A DNA stretch of 64,000 nucleotides, from contig JAPETS010000026.1 in assembly GCA_026023565.1 (NCBI GenBank), forward strand, positions 62,001-126,000. Reading direction: 5' to 3'. The notes below the pieces were generated by a model. It was not told where the DNA came from, did not search any database, and saw nothing but the letters and a program-made list of their open reading frames with translations. Positions 10,337 through 21,200 of the stretch are shown in pieces; position 1 is the first letter of the stretch, and every line of letters begins with the position of its first letter. Position numbers and translations under genes: made by a program. The DNA is from Cirrosporium novae-zelandiae (Eukaryota).

Positions 10337-13184
10337 TTACAATCGACTTTCGATCCCTGAAAGATGCTCTCCAGGCCAGTGCGCATCTGGCCAGACATGT
10401 CTCATTGCCTCCCAGATATGCTTGACATGAATAATCTCAAGCCCATTCTTGACTTCCTGTGGTAATTCTTTGGCGTCCTTCCTATTTCCGATGGGAAGAA
10501 GCACCGTCTTGACACCAGCTCCTAGAGCTCCGATGAGCTTTTCCTTGATGCCGCCAACGGGCATAACTCGGCCACGTAGAGAAATTTCACCCGTCATGGC
10601 GATTTGTGGAGGGACCGCTTTGCCGGAGAAGAGCGAGACTAGGGCAATTGTGTGGGCAAGGCCGGCTGAGGGTCCGTCTTTAGGAATCGCACCAGAGGGA
10701 CAGTGGACATGGACGCTGCGATTTTTCATAATGTCTTCGTTGGGATCTGCAGTGAGGCCAAGTTCATACGAATGAGCTTTCACCCATGTGAGGGCAACTT
10801 CGACGGATTCCTTAAGGACATCGCCGAGTTTTCCTGTCAGTTGCACACGCCCGTTACCTGGCATGTCTGCCACTTCGATGAAAAGGATACTGCCCTGACC
10901 ACCTGTGGAATAAGCTACCAGTCCAGTAACAACCCCAGGGCGAGAATGCTTCTCAGCGATCTCTTCGTCAAAGCGCTCAATCCCTAGAATTTCTTCTAGA
11001 GCGGAGACATCGATGTTGGGATTGTATGAGGCGAGCTGACCCGAGTCCTTGGCATCAGCATACTGGACTGCTTTGAAGCGGCACACAGAGCCAATTTCTC
11101 GTTCGAGATTTCTGACTCCGGCTTCACGAGTATAAGAAGTGATGATCTTGTTAACAACATCATTATTGAAGTGAACATTCTCTTTAGTAAGGCCATTAGT
11201 AGCAATTTGTTTGGGTACCAAATGACGATTCGCAATGTGCAGCTTCTCAATAGTTGTGTAACCAGACAGCTGGATAGTTTCCATTCGGTCCAATAACGCG
11301 GGGGGTATTGTGTCAAGGGAGTTGGCGGTAGCAATGAATAATACTTTACTAAGGTCAAGAGGAATGTTCAAATAGTGATCAACAAATGCGTGGTTCTGTT
11401 CTGGGTCAAGGACTTCAAGCATGGCTGCAGATGGATCACCTTGGAAATTCGACATTCCCAATTTATCGATTTCATCCAGCAGCAAAACTGGGTTAGAAAC
11501 ACCCATCTTTCGTAGGCCGTTGACGATGACTCCTGGCATTGCTGCCACATAGGTTCTTCTATGACCGCGAATCTCAGATTCATCCCGAACGCCACCTAGC
11601 GAGATCCTATGAAACTTTCGTCCGAGAGAGGTTGCAACAGACTTCGCAAGACTAGTCTTACCAGTTCCAGGAGGCCCCACGAGGAGAAGGATCGGAGACT
11701 TGTCGACCAGGCGCTTACTTTTGAGCAGCTGTATCTTGGCCGAGTTGGAATCGATTTGCTCTTTCGGTTCCTGCATTTTGTTATCCCTCTCAAAATCTTG
11801 CTTTAAACTATCATCCCTTGTATCCTCTGCTGGCGCCGCTTCCTTGTCCAATCTGGATATCTGTTCTTCCAATTCAGCATTGGTCGCTTGCTTCAGTTTA
11901 AGTACAGCAAGGTATTCTAGTAACCGCTTTTTTATCTTCTCTAGACCGTAATGGTCCTCATCAAGCTGCTTTCGTGCTCTTCGGAGAGTATCTGCTCCTA
12001 GTTGGTCTTCAGTCATCTTGGACCAAGGTATCTCGGCCAGCACCTCGAGATACGTGCGGCAGACTCCATATTCAGCATTGATCGGGTTCATCTTCTTCAG
12101 CCTCTTAAGTTCTCTCTCTGCAACCTTCTGGGCTTCAGGAGAGAGTCCAGCCTCATCTAGCTTTTTCTTCAATTCATCAACTTCATTCGACTCGTCGTCG
12201 TCATCCCCCATTCTCCCAGGTATTGGAAATTGTGCAGGAGGCAGTCGGTTCATGGACCTTGACGTAAGGGCTTGCCTCTGATTGTTGATCTGATTGATGT
12301 CAACTGGTATCCTGGAAGGAAAGGTTGTGCTCGTAACCGTAGTAACCTTGACACCTCCTTTGATAACCTGAGCTTGTTTGGTTAGAATCTCAATAACATC
12401 TTGCACCCGCTTCTTAACATCCACTGTAGCTAGTATGTGCAGCTTCTCTTCGAAGCTTGCATCGCTCATGTTAGCCATAAAGTCGGCAAGTTTACCGACT
12501 TCAGTTATGTCCTTTTGTTTTATAAACAGTTCTAACCTTCCACTCAAGAGAACCGGCAGGTCTGACATTGAACGTGAACTCAGGGATGCAAGGCGTACAA
12601 GCATTATTATTTCGCATGACACGTTTTTGAGCTGGTCCAGTAGGGTATGCATTTCGGCATCTCTGTGAACTATGGCAAGGATGAGTATAAAAATCATTAA
12701 AGGGGGTATTTCAAATATTGTGCTTACCTTCATCATCGTAGTGAGTGACCTCAGCCTCTAGGAACAATCTTTCATGCGTGATTCTATTTATCTTGAATCG
12801 GCTGATTCCTTCCACGATCAGCGAGAGCTCTCCTGGCCTACGGCCCTGTACCCCTGCTATCTTAGCTGCAGTTCCATATGCAAACAAATCTTCCCCTTCA
12901 GCTCTAGCAGGGTTGACGTCGAATCTCAAATCTCGTCTCGTTCCATCTTTATCAATCAGATGCTGTCCGTCTTTGCTTATGAGGTCTGATGCAAGCGGAA
13001 CACACCCGACAGAAATACCACCGGCTTCTGCTCGGGGCCTTGCAGCTCGGCCGAAGATGGAAGAAAGCACATTCGAGATATCGGGACGATTGGAGACAGG
13101 GATTCGTAGAGTGACGCCTGGAAACAACACGGAATCCTTGCTCAAAGGGATGAGAGGAAGTATTGTAGGCCTCATGGAGCCCAT
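10337..13184 (-). CDS. LONP2: Peroxisomal Lon protease (LonP2/Pln)
   Basis: It has a Lon N-domain ([15 protein letters not shown]), Walker [10 protein letters not shown], Walker B LLLDEIDK, catalytic PKDGPSAG and GGIKEK, and a C-terminal PTS1 (-SRL). One intron begins at about 12727. Confidence 0.95.
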
Positions 13185-13732
13185 AATGGCAAAAGTGCGA
13201 AAGCGTGCTCGATGAGGAAGTGCAAGTTTGGATGTGAGAAGATAGGTAAAAATATAGAAATGTCAATTGATGAACTTAAAGCGAGTGTATTTGTGAATCG
13301 CGAGGAGAACAGCAGGAGAGTTCTAGAATAGGCCCTTGGGCTTTGACAATAATAATGACGCTATGGGGTTGACTTGTCAAGCCTCAAGCCTCACTGTTTA
13401 CCGAGGCATTAGAACTAAGAAACGGAATCCAACAGAAGAATCCGGGGTAACTTGGTACTTGTAACTTAGTCATGCTATAATTAGTAATTTGTATTGTACA
13501 TAACATTCAGTACCTGCAGCTGGTATTCATAGAGGGAACACATAACATCTGTCAATTATTTTCTGTAATACCATGGTACAGAACATTGCCATTATTTGCT
13601 GTTCTCATACGAACTACTTTCAGCTGGTCCTACATTTATTATCTTAACCTTATCTGCCTTGGAAATTTACTTCTCCAGTCCACTAATAATAATTATCCTA
13701 CTTCTAGCTCTGCTGCCTATTTACATATCGAA

Positions 13733-14747
13733 ATGGACTCCTGTGATACTCCTAGGATTTATCTTTTTGGGGATTCTTTGACTTATAGATCCTTTTCCCG
13801 CAAGAATAGAGGCTTCGGCTGGATTTTGAGGGAACGTTACGGAGAAAAAGCTCAGATATGTAATAGAGGTTTGTTCTGTCTCGTTAAATTTTCTGGCTTC
13901 GAATCAGGCTTCTCATTAGACTAAACATTGATACAGGAGAGGATGGGTGTGCATATAATTCCAAACCTCCAAACAGTATTCCTGTCCTACGCTAACTCGA
14001 GAAGATTTACGACAAGGTGGCTTAGGGACGACTTTCAGGCTAGAATCATGGATGAAGTCGTTCAAACCAAGTCCATTCCACCACTCTTTATCACTATTTT
14101 CCTTGGTGCAAATGATTCATGTCTCCCTCCAAGCGCAGCGCACGTGCCATTGCCAGAGTTTGAGGAGCATCTTCGATATTATGTGGATACCATCCTTGAG
14201 AGCAAAGCCACCCAAGGCACCAAAGTGATCCTGATCAGTCCTCCGCCCATTAATCTATCGACTCCATCGAAGAATAATTTTCATATTCCAAATTTATATG
14301 AGGCACGCCTAGGTTCCCCCAAAGCGGCAATTTCTTACCGAACCTATCTCTCTAAACGAGGATATGCCGAGAAAGTCATGGAGATTGCTAAATCATATGA
14401 AGCAAAGACAAATCTTGTGGCGGGTATCGATTTGTGGATAAGAATGATTGAATATGGTCAAGTACAAGAGAAACAAGAACACGAAGCCAATCCTGAAACC
14501 AATGCCCTTGTAGAGACAGGAAGAGATGAAGACGCCCTGCCTGGAAGCGGCTTGGCTGGAGCTTACAAATTTAGCTCAGATGTCTTTCTAGATGGCCTTC
14601 ATTTGGGTCCACTGGTATGACTTCAGATTGCACTACATAGGGATGAAAGTTGACGTTTAATAGGGTTACGATGTACTCTCAACGGAGATACTTGGTTTAA
14701 TAACCACCAAATGGCCCGAGATAGCCCCGGAAACCTTGAGGGAATGA
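13733..14747 (+). CDS. SGNH/GDSL esterase, IAH1-like
   Basis: Block I FGDSLT, block II NRGEDGFTTRW (assembled through a 10-nt micro-exon at 13937-13946), block III FLGANDS and block V DGLH are all present. The last exon reads GYDVLSTEILGLITTKWPEIAPETLRE*. Confidence 0.85.
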
Positions 14748-15135
14748 TTTGAAATGTCTGTCGTAGTACAAGTTCTTGGGAACTAATCAGAGGGTTTTGG
14801 AGGTTCTTAGCTCCCATTCTCTGAGAGATACAGTCCATCCCAACTGAGATGATATTGGGTAGCCTGGTAAAATCCCAGGTGAAATAATCACGCTGGTTGA
14901 GCTGGAAGTCAATGAGTTTTATTCTAGTTGTGGTGGGGGAAAGGTTAAAAACGACTTCTACGGTACCACATGTCTATGTTAAACTGGAATTGACTAGTCT
15001 TGAAGACATCATATACAATCCCATATCCATTCAGAATCAGTGGCTGAAGCAAGAAATAACGAAATCAATAGGTCACCATTCCCCTTTCGTAGTCAGTCCA
15101 TGTCCACATTCTTAGACTAGGACTCTTGGAAACGC

Positions 15136-16316
15136 TTAGCCTCTGTTAAGAGTATTGCCAGCTCCTTTGGGATGACTATCTTTGAAATCGTCCCACTCCC
15201 TTGCCTTCATGGTTTCTTGGTCTGCCTTTTTAATATTGTCTTCATCAGGTTCAGGCTGCATGCCAGACTGCTCGCCTCCCCCTTCAATAATCCCACCTCG
15301 TCTCCTTTCTTCTTCCAAGTACTCATCGATCGTCATAGTTGGAAGATTATGTCCAGGTCGAAAAACCCCCTTTCGTAACTGGGCCCGATTGTCTAGAATA
15401 GTGAACGGCTTCAGAGGTTTCCCGTTCTTGTCTAAAATCGGCCCAGCCTTGCCGCTAGCCATCAACTGAGATATAGGTGCATCTAGTCTTTCGGAATATG
15501 TATTCTGGGATGTTTGTTGACGCCGGCGCTGATCGTCCTCCCCGTAGTTCTGTTGCTGGCTTGGGATAGAGGGTGCTGAGGCAAGCATTTGGAGCTCTTG
15601 AGATATCAAATCCAACTGGCCAAATGCTTGGTTCGTGCGTAAGTGGATTTCGGTAAGGTATAGTTCGCGCAAGACGGTCTCATCGTTCTGAAGTGCGGTC
15701 GGATTTTGTTCAAGAAACTGTGGTGATGTTAACCAGGGATGTAGGAATGTAAGAAAAGCTACAGACTTCTAGTTTAGATTTTAAAGTCTGTTCCTCCTTA
15801 AATCTTGTAATCTTGGTATTTCGTCGTGCAGTATGATCCGAAGTTGCAGAGAGGAGGAAGCCCCCCCGATCCTCCAAAAATCGTTCAAAAAGCCTTCGGT
15901 CATTTTGAGATAGAATATCATATGAATCGAGTAGACGAAGAAATCTCTCGTAAGATGCTTGGGCCTGAAGTAGGATAGCTTGCCGATTCGGGCCAACACG
16001 CTTAAGGACAAGTTCAGCGATGTAGAAATCGATCAAGTGATACCTGGCAAGTGTTAGAAAGACTGATTATGAAAGTATGAGAGATAATGCTATACTGTAT
16101 ATCAGAGCTGGAGACATCCTCTATGTGTTCATTCTGACTAAATAGAGATATTTCAGCAGTTACCTTTTGGCATTCCTCGAAGGTACTGATTGCAGATTGG
16201 AGGCTCTCTTGGTAAGTTGCGCTTGAAGGGTTGGGTAACAATTCAAGGCTTTTGCGTTGCTCTTTTCCTTGTATAAACAGACGTTTGACAGTTCGTGGAC
16301 TTTCGAATTCTGACAT
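15136..16316 (-). CDS. TAP42: PP2A-associated protein Tap42/alpha4
   Basis: It shows SLFSQNEHIEDVSSSDIQY, ARRNTKITRFKEE, GKPLKPFTIL, VFRPGHNLPTMTIDEYLEEE and KAREWDDFKDSHPKGAGNTLNRG*. Two introns. Confidence 0.93.
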
Positions 16317-16459
16317 GTCATAGTCTAGTCAAACAAAAAGCTGGTTGTTTAGTGTTGAGTTGGAGTAAATTATATTTCAAGTTATTTTTCTACTATCGAT
16401 AAGATAAAAATGGTTTGCTATATGAGTGCACGGCACGGGAGTCCCAAAATAAGCGGGGT

Positions 16460-17957
16460 TCATATTCATTTTTTTAATATTATTTTTCCTAGGGAGACCT
16501 TCAAACAAAATTAACTTTTATTTTTTCGGCTTTGGGGAGCCTTCAAATCAAATTGTTGCTGAAAACTGCTTTTGTTTGAAGGCCTCCCCAGAAACCGATG
16601 TCTGATTCTACTTTTGGGTATGAGTCCTGCTTTGGCCCGCGTGCACGGACCCCTTAGAGGAGTATATCTAGAAATAATCATTCTTCTTACCCATCTCAGA
16701 ACAGCACATCCATAACCTTTCTAGATCCCCAGTATGTCTACTGATATATCCACCAAAAATCCTACTAAGCTGCTCCTGAAACTTCTACCAAACCTCTTGT
16801 ATTTTCACCTGCCGTGAGCGGAACTTATACATACCCAGTCGAAAAACGACTCGAGACACTTCGTAAAGCACTTATCCAGGATAAATGGGCACATCGACGT
16901 GAAAATATCTCTAAAGTAATAGAGATGTACGAGAATAACGAATTACCTTTACTAAATTGGCAGAAAGTTTGGCTTGCAAATGGTAAAGTTATTGATGGTC
17001 TACCAGACAGTATATCTAAAGGCGTTTACTACTGGCCTGAGGTTTGTTTTATGTCTGTCTTTTTTTAATTTTTTATACTAAATTAATATATTGGGCATTT
17101 CCTATTAACTTCCTCAAACGTCTGCAGCACCTCTAATAGGCTTATTTGATAGCACTACTTATCCTGAGTCTTTAGTGTCTAAGCAAATTTAGTAGGAAAT
17201 ACACGCCCAACTAGCACAGTCAACCAGATGTACGAAGTATCAAAACTCCAATATGCGTGAAGTAAGTTCGCACCAGGCTTTGGTGGACAACCTGATATTG
17301 TGTCTAACGTCGTAATTGTCAATGATACCGGGTCCGACATACAAGCAGTATTCAATTACGATCTAACTGCTTTGGCAGTTTCTCCTGGATACGGCGGCTG
17401 AATGCTCCTTATCTCCTAAACCGGCTTCCAATGTCGCACGCTTGCAGGGGGGGCAATGCTGAAAGGTTTATTGGTCCAATGATAAGATCTTGGAATTATA
17501 TTCCGTGATCAATTTATGATGGAGGTACAAATAATCACAGCAGATGGAGACCCTCTTACACCGTGGCTTCCCGGAGAATGTACTGTTATTCCAACAGGGC
17601 CAGATGTTATATGTTATCGTCTTTTAGAAATTAAAATGTGTAATCACCTTTACTTTGCACCTGCGCCTGGAAATGATTCTCTGTATATCTCTCAAAAAAA
17701 GAACAGAGTCGTTAGCCAACTTCCTGTTTTATAAGATTTAGGTAGTTGCAAGTAGAAATAATACATCATCAAATGGGAATATGTTAAGAGTAGATACCTA
17801 ACATGCGGGTCCCAAAGCAAGCAGAATTATAAGTCAAAGGTTAGAATTAAAAAAAAGTTTCTGGGGAGGCCTTCAAACAAATTAAATTATTACTGGAAAC
17901 AGATTTTTGTTTGAAGGCCTCCCCAAAGCCTCAAAAAAATCAAAAATGTGAATGTGA
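16460..17957. mobile_element. Putative non-autonomous cassette bounded by ~70-bp palindromic inverted repeats, carrying a captured gene
   Basis: The left arm (16528-16595) is GGCTTTGGGGAGCCTTCAAATCAAA..TTTTGTTTGAAGGCCTCCCCAGAAAC. The right arm (17857-17930) is GTTTCTGGGGAGGCCTTCAAACAAA..TTTTGTTTGAAGGCCTCCCCAAAGCC, an imperfect reverse complement of the left. An extra motif copy lies at 16491-16510. The outer tips are TCATATTCA (16460) and TGAATGTGA (17957). Confidence 0.65.
16734..17734 (+). pseudogene. Decayed gene with a retropepsin-like DTGS motif inside the inverted-repeat cassette
   Basis: The ATG at 16734 is followed by a frameshift near 16767 into the AAPETSTKPLVFSPAVSGTY...YYWPE frame and an intron donor at 17042. 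The segment YA*SKFAPGFGGQPDIVSNVVIVNDTGSDIQAVFNYDLTALAVSPGYGG* carries in-frame stops. A final segment reads GIIFRDQFMMEVQIITADGDPLTPW...NHLYFAPAPGNDSLYISQKKNRVVSQLPVL*. Confidence 0.65.
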
Positions 17958-18294
17958 TGTCGGATGCCATAAATACTAGGCTGGGTTCGATTCCCAAAAA
18001 CACTAGTGATCGAAGTGATTGTCTAAGGACCTCCATCTAAGAAATCATGACCGCAAATCACTTCTTACAGTCGAGATGTTTCTTGTTTACTAAAGCAATT
18101 TAAGCCTTGCTTTAACAAATGCTCGAAACCAAATAGATGCTTATGTTGTCACTGCATGACAGCAAACAAATTCACTTATTTGCCAAGTTAAAATTGATTG
18201 CATACACACCATCTCTTCCCTTGGGTCTTTTCTATCTAACCATTTCTGATTTCTTATACCAAGCTTCCTACACAACGACAAGAAAAAAGCAGCA

Positions 18295-21200
18295 ATGGAT
18301 TTAATAGAACTGGAGAGCTCACCATCAGAGCAATGTTCAAAAATGGGCGATCTCTTGAACCTAGACCAACCTTCAATATCCTCTACACCCCCGGAAGTAA
18401 TATCTAATGCCCTTCTCAGAGAGCTACATGGGTTAGGGCCTATCAACTTCCATGCGGTCACAAATGATCGGGATAATGACTCGAAGGTTATAGCTGACAA
18501 GCAACGGTCTAGTTCAGATGAATGGATCTATCTTGGATTAGAAAACTTTGAAGATGACCTTTCCACCAACTTACTAGCGACTAGGCCGAGAAAGGCTGAT
18601 AAAGAGGAAGAGTTCGACTCGGAATCATCTTCGGAAGCAGAATCTATCCAGCCAGCCTCTAGGAAGATAACCGAGCGTCGCAAAGCCCAGCACGCGGTCT
18701 TCAATCAATGGTATTGTACCCGAAACCTACCTCACACGTTGGACCATTCTTACCAAGGTGATTAGGCTTTCTGGTCGAGTGAAAGAAGAATACAATAGAG
18801 AGAAAGGCTTGATTGATATCGCAGAATTCAAGGATGAACAATTATCTACTCGGCTTCTTATGAACTCACAGGAGTCGGCCCAGGTTGTCACTTCACCAAG
18901 AGAGTATCAATACGAACTATTTGAAATGGCAAAGAAGGAGAACATTATTGCTGTTTTGGATACTGGTATTGTATTTTGAACTACGACCGATCTATTATCT
19001 GACTTGATATAGGATCCGGAAAGACTCTTATTGCCGTACTTCTTTTGAAGCATATGATAAAGCAGGAATTGGAAAATCGGGCTTTAGGGAGTCCGCACAA
19101 AATTTCGTTCTTCCTTGTTCGTGGCAACCAAAAGAAAAGCAAACACAAGACTAACTAGTTGCTCAGGTTGACAACGTCACACTTGTTTTCCAGCAATTTG
19201 CTGTCTTGGAGAACAATATTGACCAAAAGGTAGATCGCTTTTGTGGAGAGATGGGAACCGACCTTTGGATTAAAGAAACTTGGGAAAGACATTTCTCCGA
19301 GAATATGATCATAGTTTGCACAGCCGAGGTCCTCTATTGGTGTTTGACACGCTCATTCATTACCATGGGCCAAATAAATGTCTTGATATTCGATGAGGCC
19401 CACCATGCCAAGAAGAATCATGTCTACGCAAGGTTTGCACCAACATTATAACTCAAGTAACTATCGTCCATATCTAATTCTCCTAGAATCATACGGGATT
19501 TCTACAAGCCCGAGACAAATCCCGTAAAGCGACCAAAGGTATTTGGGATGACAGCATCTCCAGTTGATGCCAAGGTCGATGTTGTGCAAGCCGCAAAGTA
19601 CGTGATCCTATTTATAAACTAATCGTTATTGATAGCTTTTAGTGACTTGGAGGCTCTACTGGACTGTCGCATTGCAACCGCCTCTGATCTTAGGTTGTTG
19701 CAAAACTCCGTGTCCCGACCAAATGAAATCATTTCGGAATACGGAAGGCTTCAGGCTCCAATTGCAACATCGCTAACTGCAGAGCTGGAAGAACGCTTTG
19801 GAGACATTTATGTCTTGCAGAAACATTTTCAAAATGCTTTTCAATCTAGTTCTGTACTTGGACAATGGTGTGCTGACCAAACCTGGAAATACTGTCTTAC
19901 AGGGGTCAATTCAAGCAAAATAGAACGCAAGGCTGAAAAGAGATTTCTAGAGTCAGGCAGTGAAAAGATCGAGGAACTCGATATGGTAGTCAAACAACTC
20001 CACGAAGCACAGGAAATTGTTCAGAAACATCCTTTTACTAGCCCAATCGTATCGCTAGTTGATTTAAGTTCCAAGGTGTTGTCACTTAATAGTTATTTAC
20101 AAGAGCGCTTCGAGAGACCAACCGATACCAAATGTGTCGTTTTCGTGAAGAGAAGGCATACCGCTCGTGTTCTAGGAGATCTATTCGAGAAAATCGGAAC
20201 ACCGTATCTCAAGGCAGGTATCCTGATGGGTATGGGTGGTGGAGAAGTGGGAGACTTAAGTGTGTCCTTTCGACAACAGATATTGACATTGATCAAATTC
20301 AGAAAAGGCGAACTTAACTGTCTAGTAAGAATTGCATTATATATGCACTCTCCCATAAGCTAACTACTTGATACTCAAGTTTGCCACCTCTGTGGCCGAA
20401 GAAGGCCTTGATATTCCAGACTGCAATTTGGTTATTCGGTAGGTTTCCCACATCAATTTACAAGCTCGCTATTTACTATATAGTAGATTTGACCTTTATG
20501 ATACGATGATTCAGTATATTCAGAGTCGGGGGAGAGCTCGCCATATGAACTCCAAGGTCTAACCTCTTGATTCTATTAGCGATATAACCCCTTTGCTAAT
20601 TTTTATAGTATGTTCATATGATTGAACAGGGAAATCGGTATCATCTCGAAGTATTGAAAGAAGTTAGAGGCTCCGAGGTGAGTATCCACCCCCAATCCTT
20701 ACGTCATTTCATTAATCTTTAAAACATAGCAAATTATGCGTGACTTTTGTACAAGTCTTCCAGAGGACCGGAGACTTAAAGGAAATGACTTTGATCTGGA
20801 AGAGGCTTCTAAAGACGGCACGCGCCTTAGGGTATTTACGGAGCCTAAAACTGGAGCAAAACTCACGTACTGGTCATCCCTGGCTGTCATTGCTCATTTT
20901 GCTTCGTCTTTGGTCAGTAAAATAGAGCCCATCTAATCTCCACACTTATTACCTTCCACTATCCTACTGACCTATGTTAGGAACACCCACTTGATGAGAT
21001 ACCTCAAGTCAGTTACCATGTGACTTTTGAAAATGGAATGTTCGTGGCACAAGTCTTCATACCTAAGCCCTCCCCTATAGAATCAGTCGTGGGTGAGCCT
21101 GCAACACGAAAGTCTATTGCGAAGCGGTCTGCAGCTTTTCAAGCATGCGTTGAGCTGAGAAGGGAAGGCTATCTGAATGAATTTTTTCTTCCAAGCGAGG

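Noticed and set aside
10449..13215. Long antisense ORFs over Lon (also over VPS15 and the GPI protein)
   Set aside because: These are shadow frames of real genes with no recognisable motifs.
16491..17930. CRISPR-like repeat/spacer array
   Set aside because: The copies alternate in orientation, cluster at two ends 1.3 kb apart, sit in eukaryotic DNA and have no cas genes.
17925..18010. tRNA gene suggested by GGTTCGATTCCC
   Set aside because: No acceptor stem, D-arm or anticodon arm can be folded upstream; kept only as an orphan B-box.
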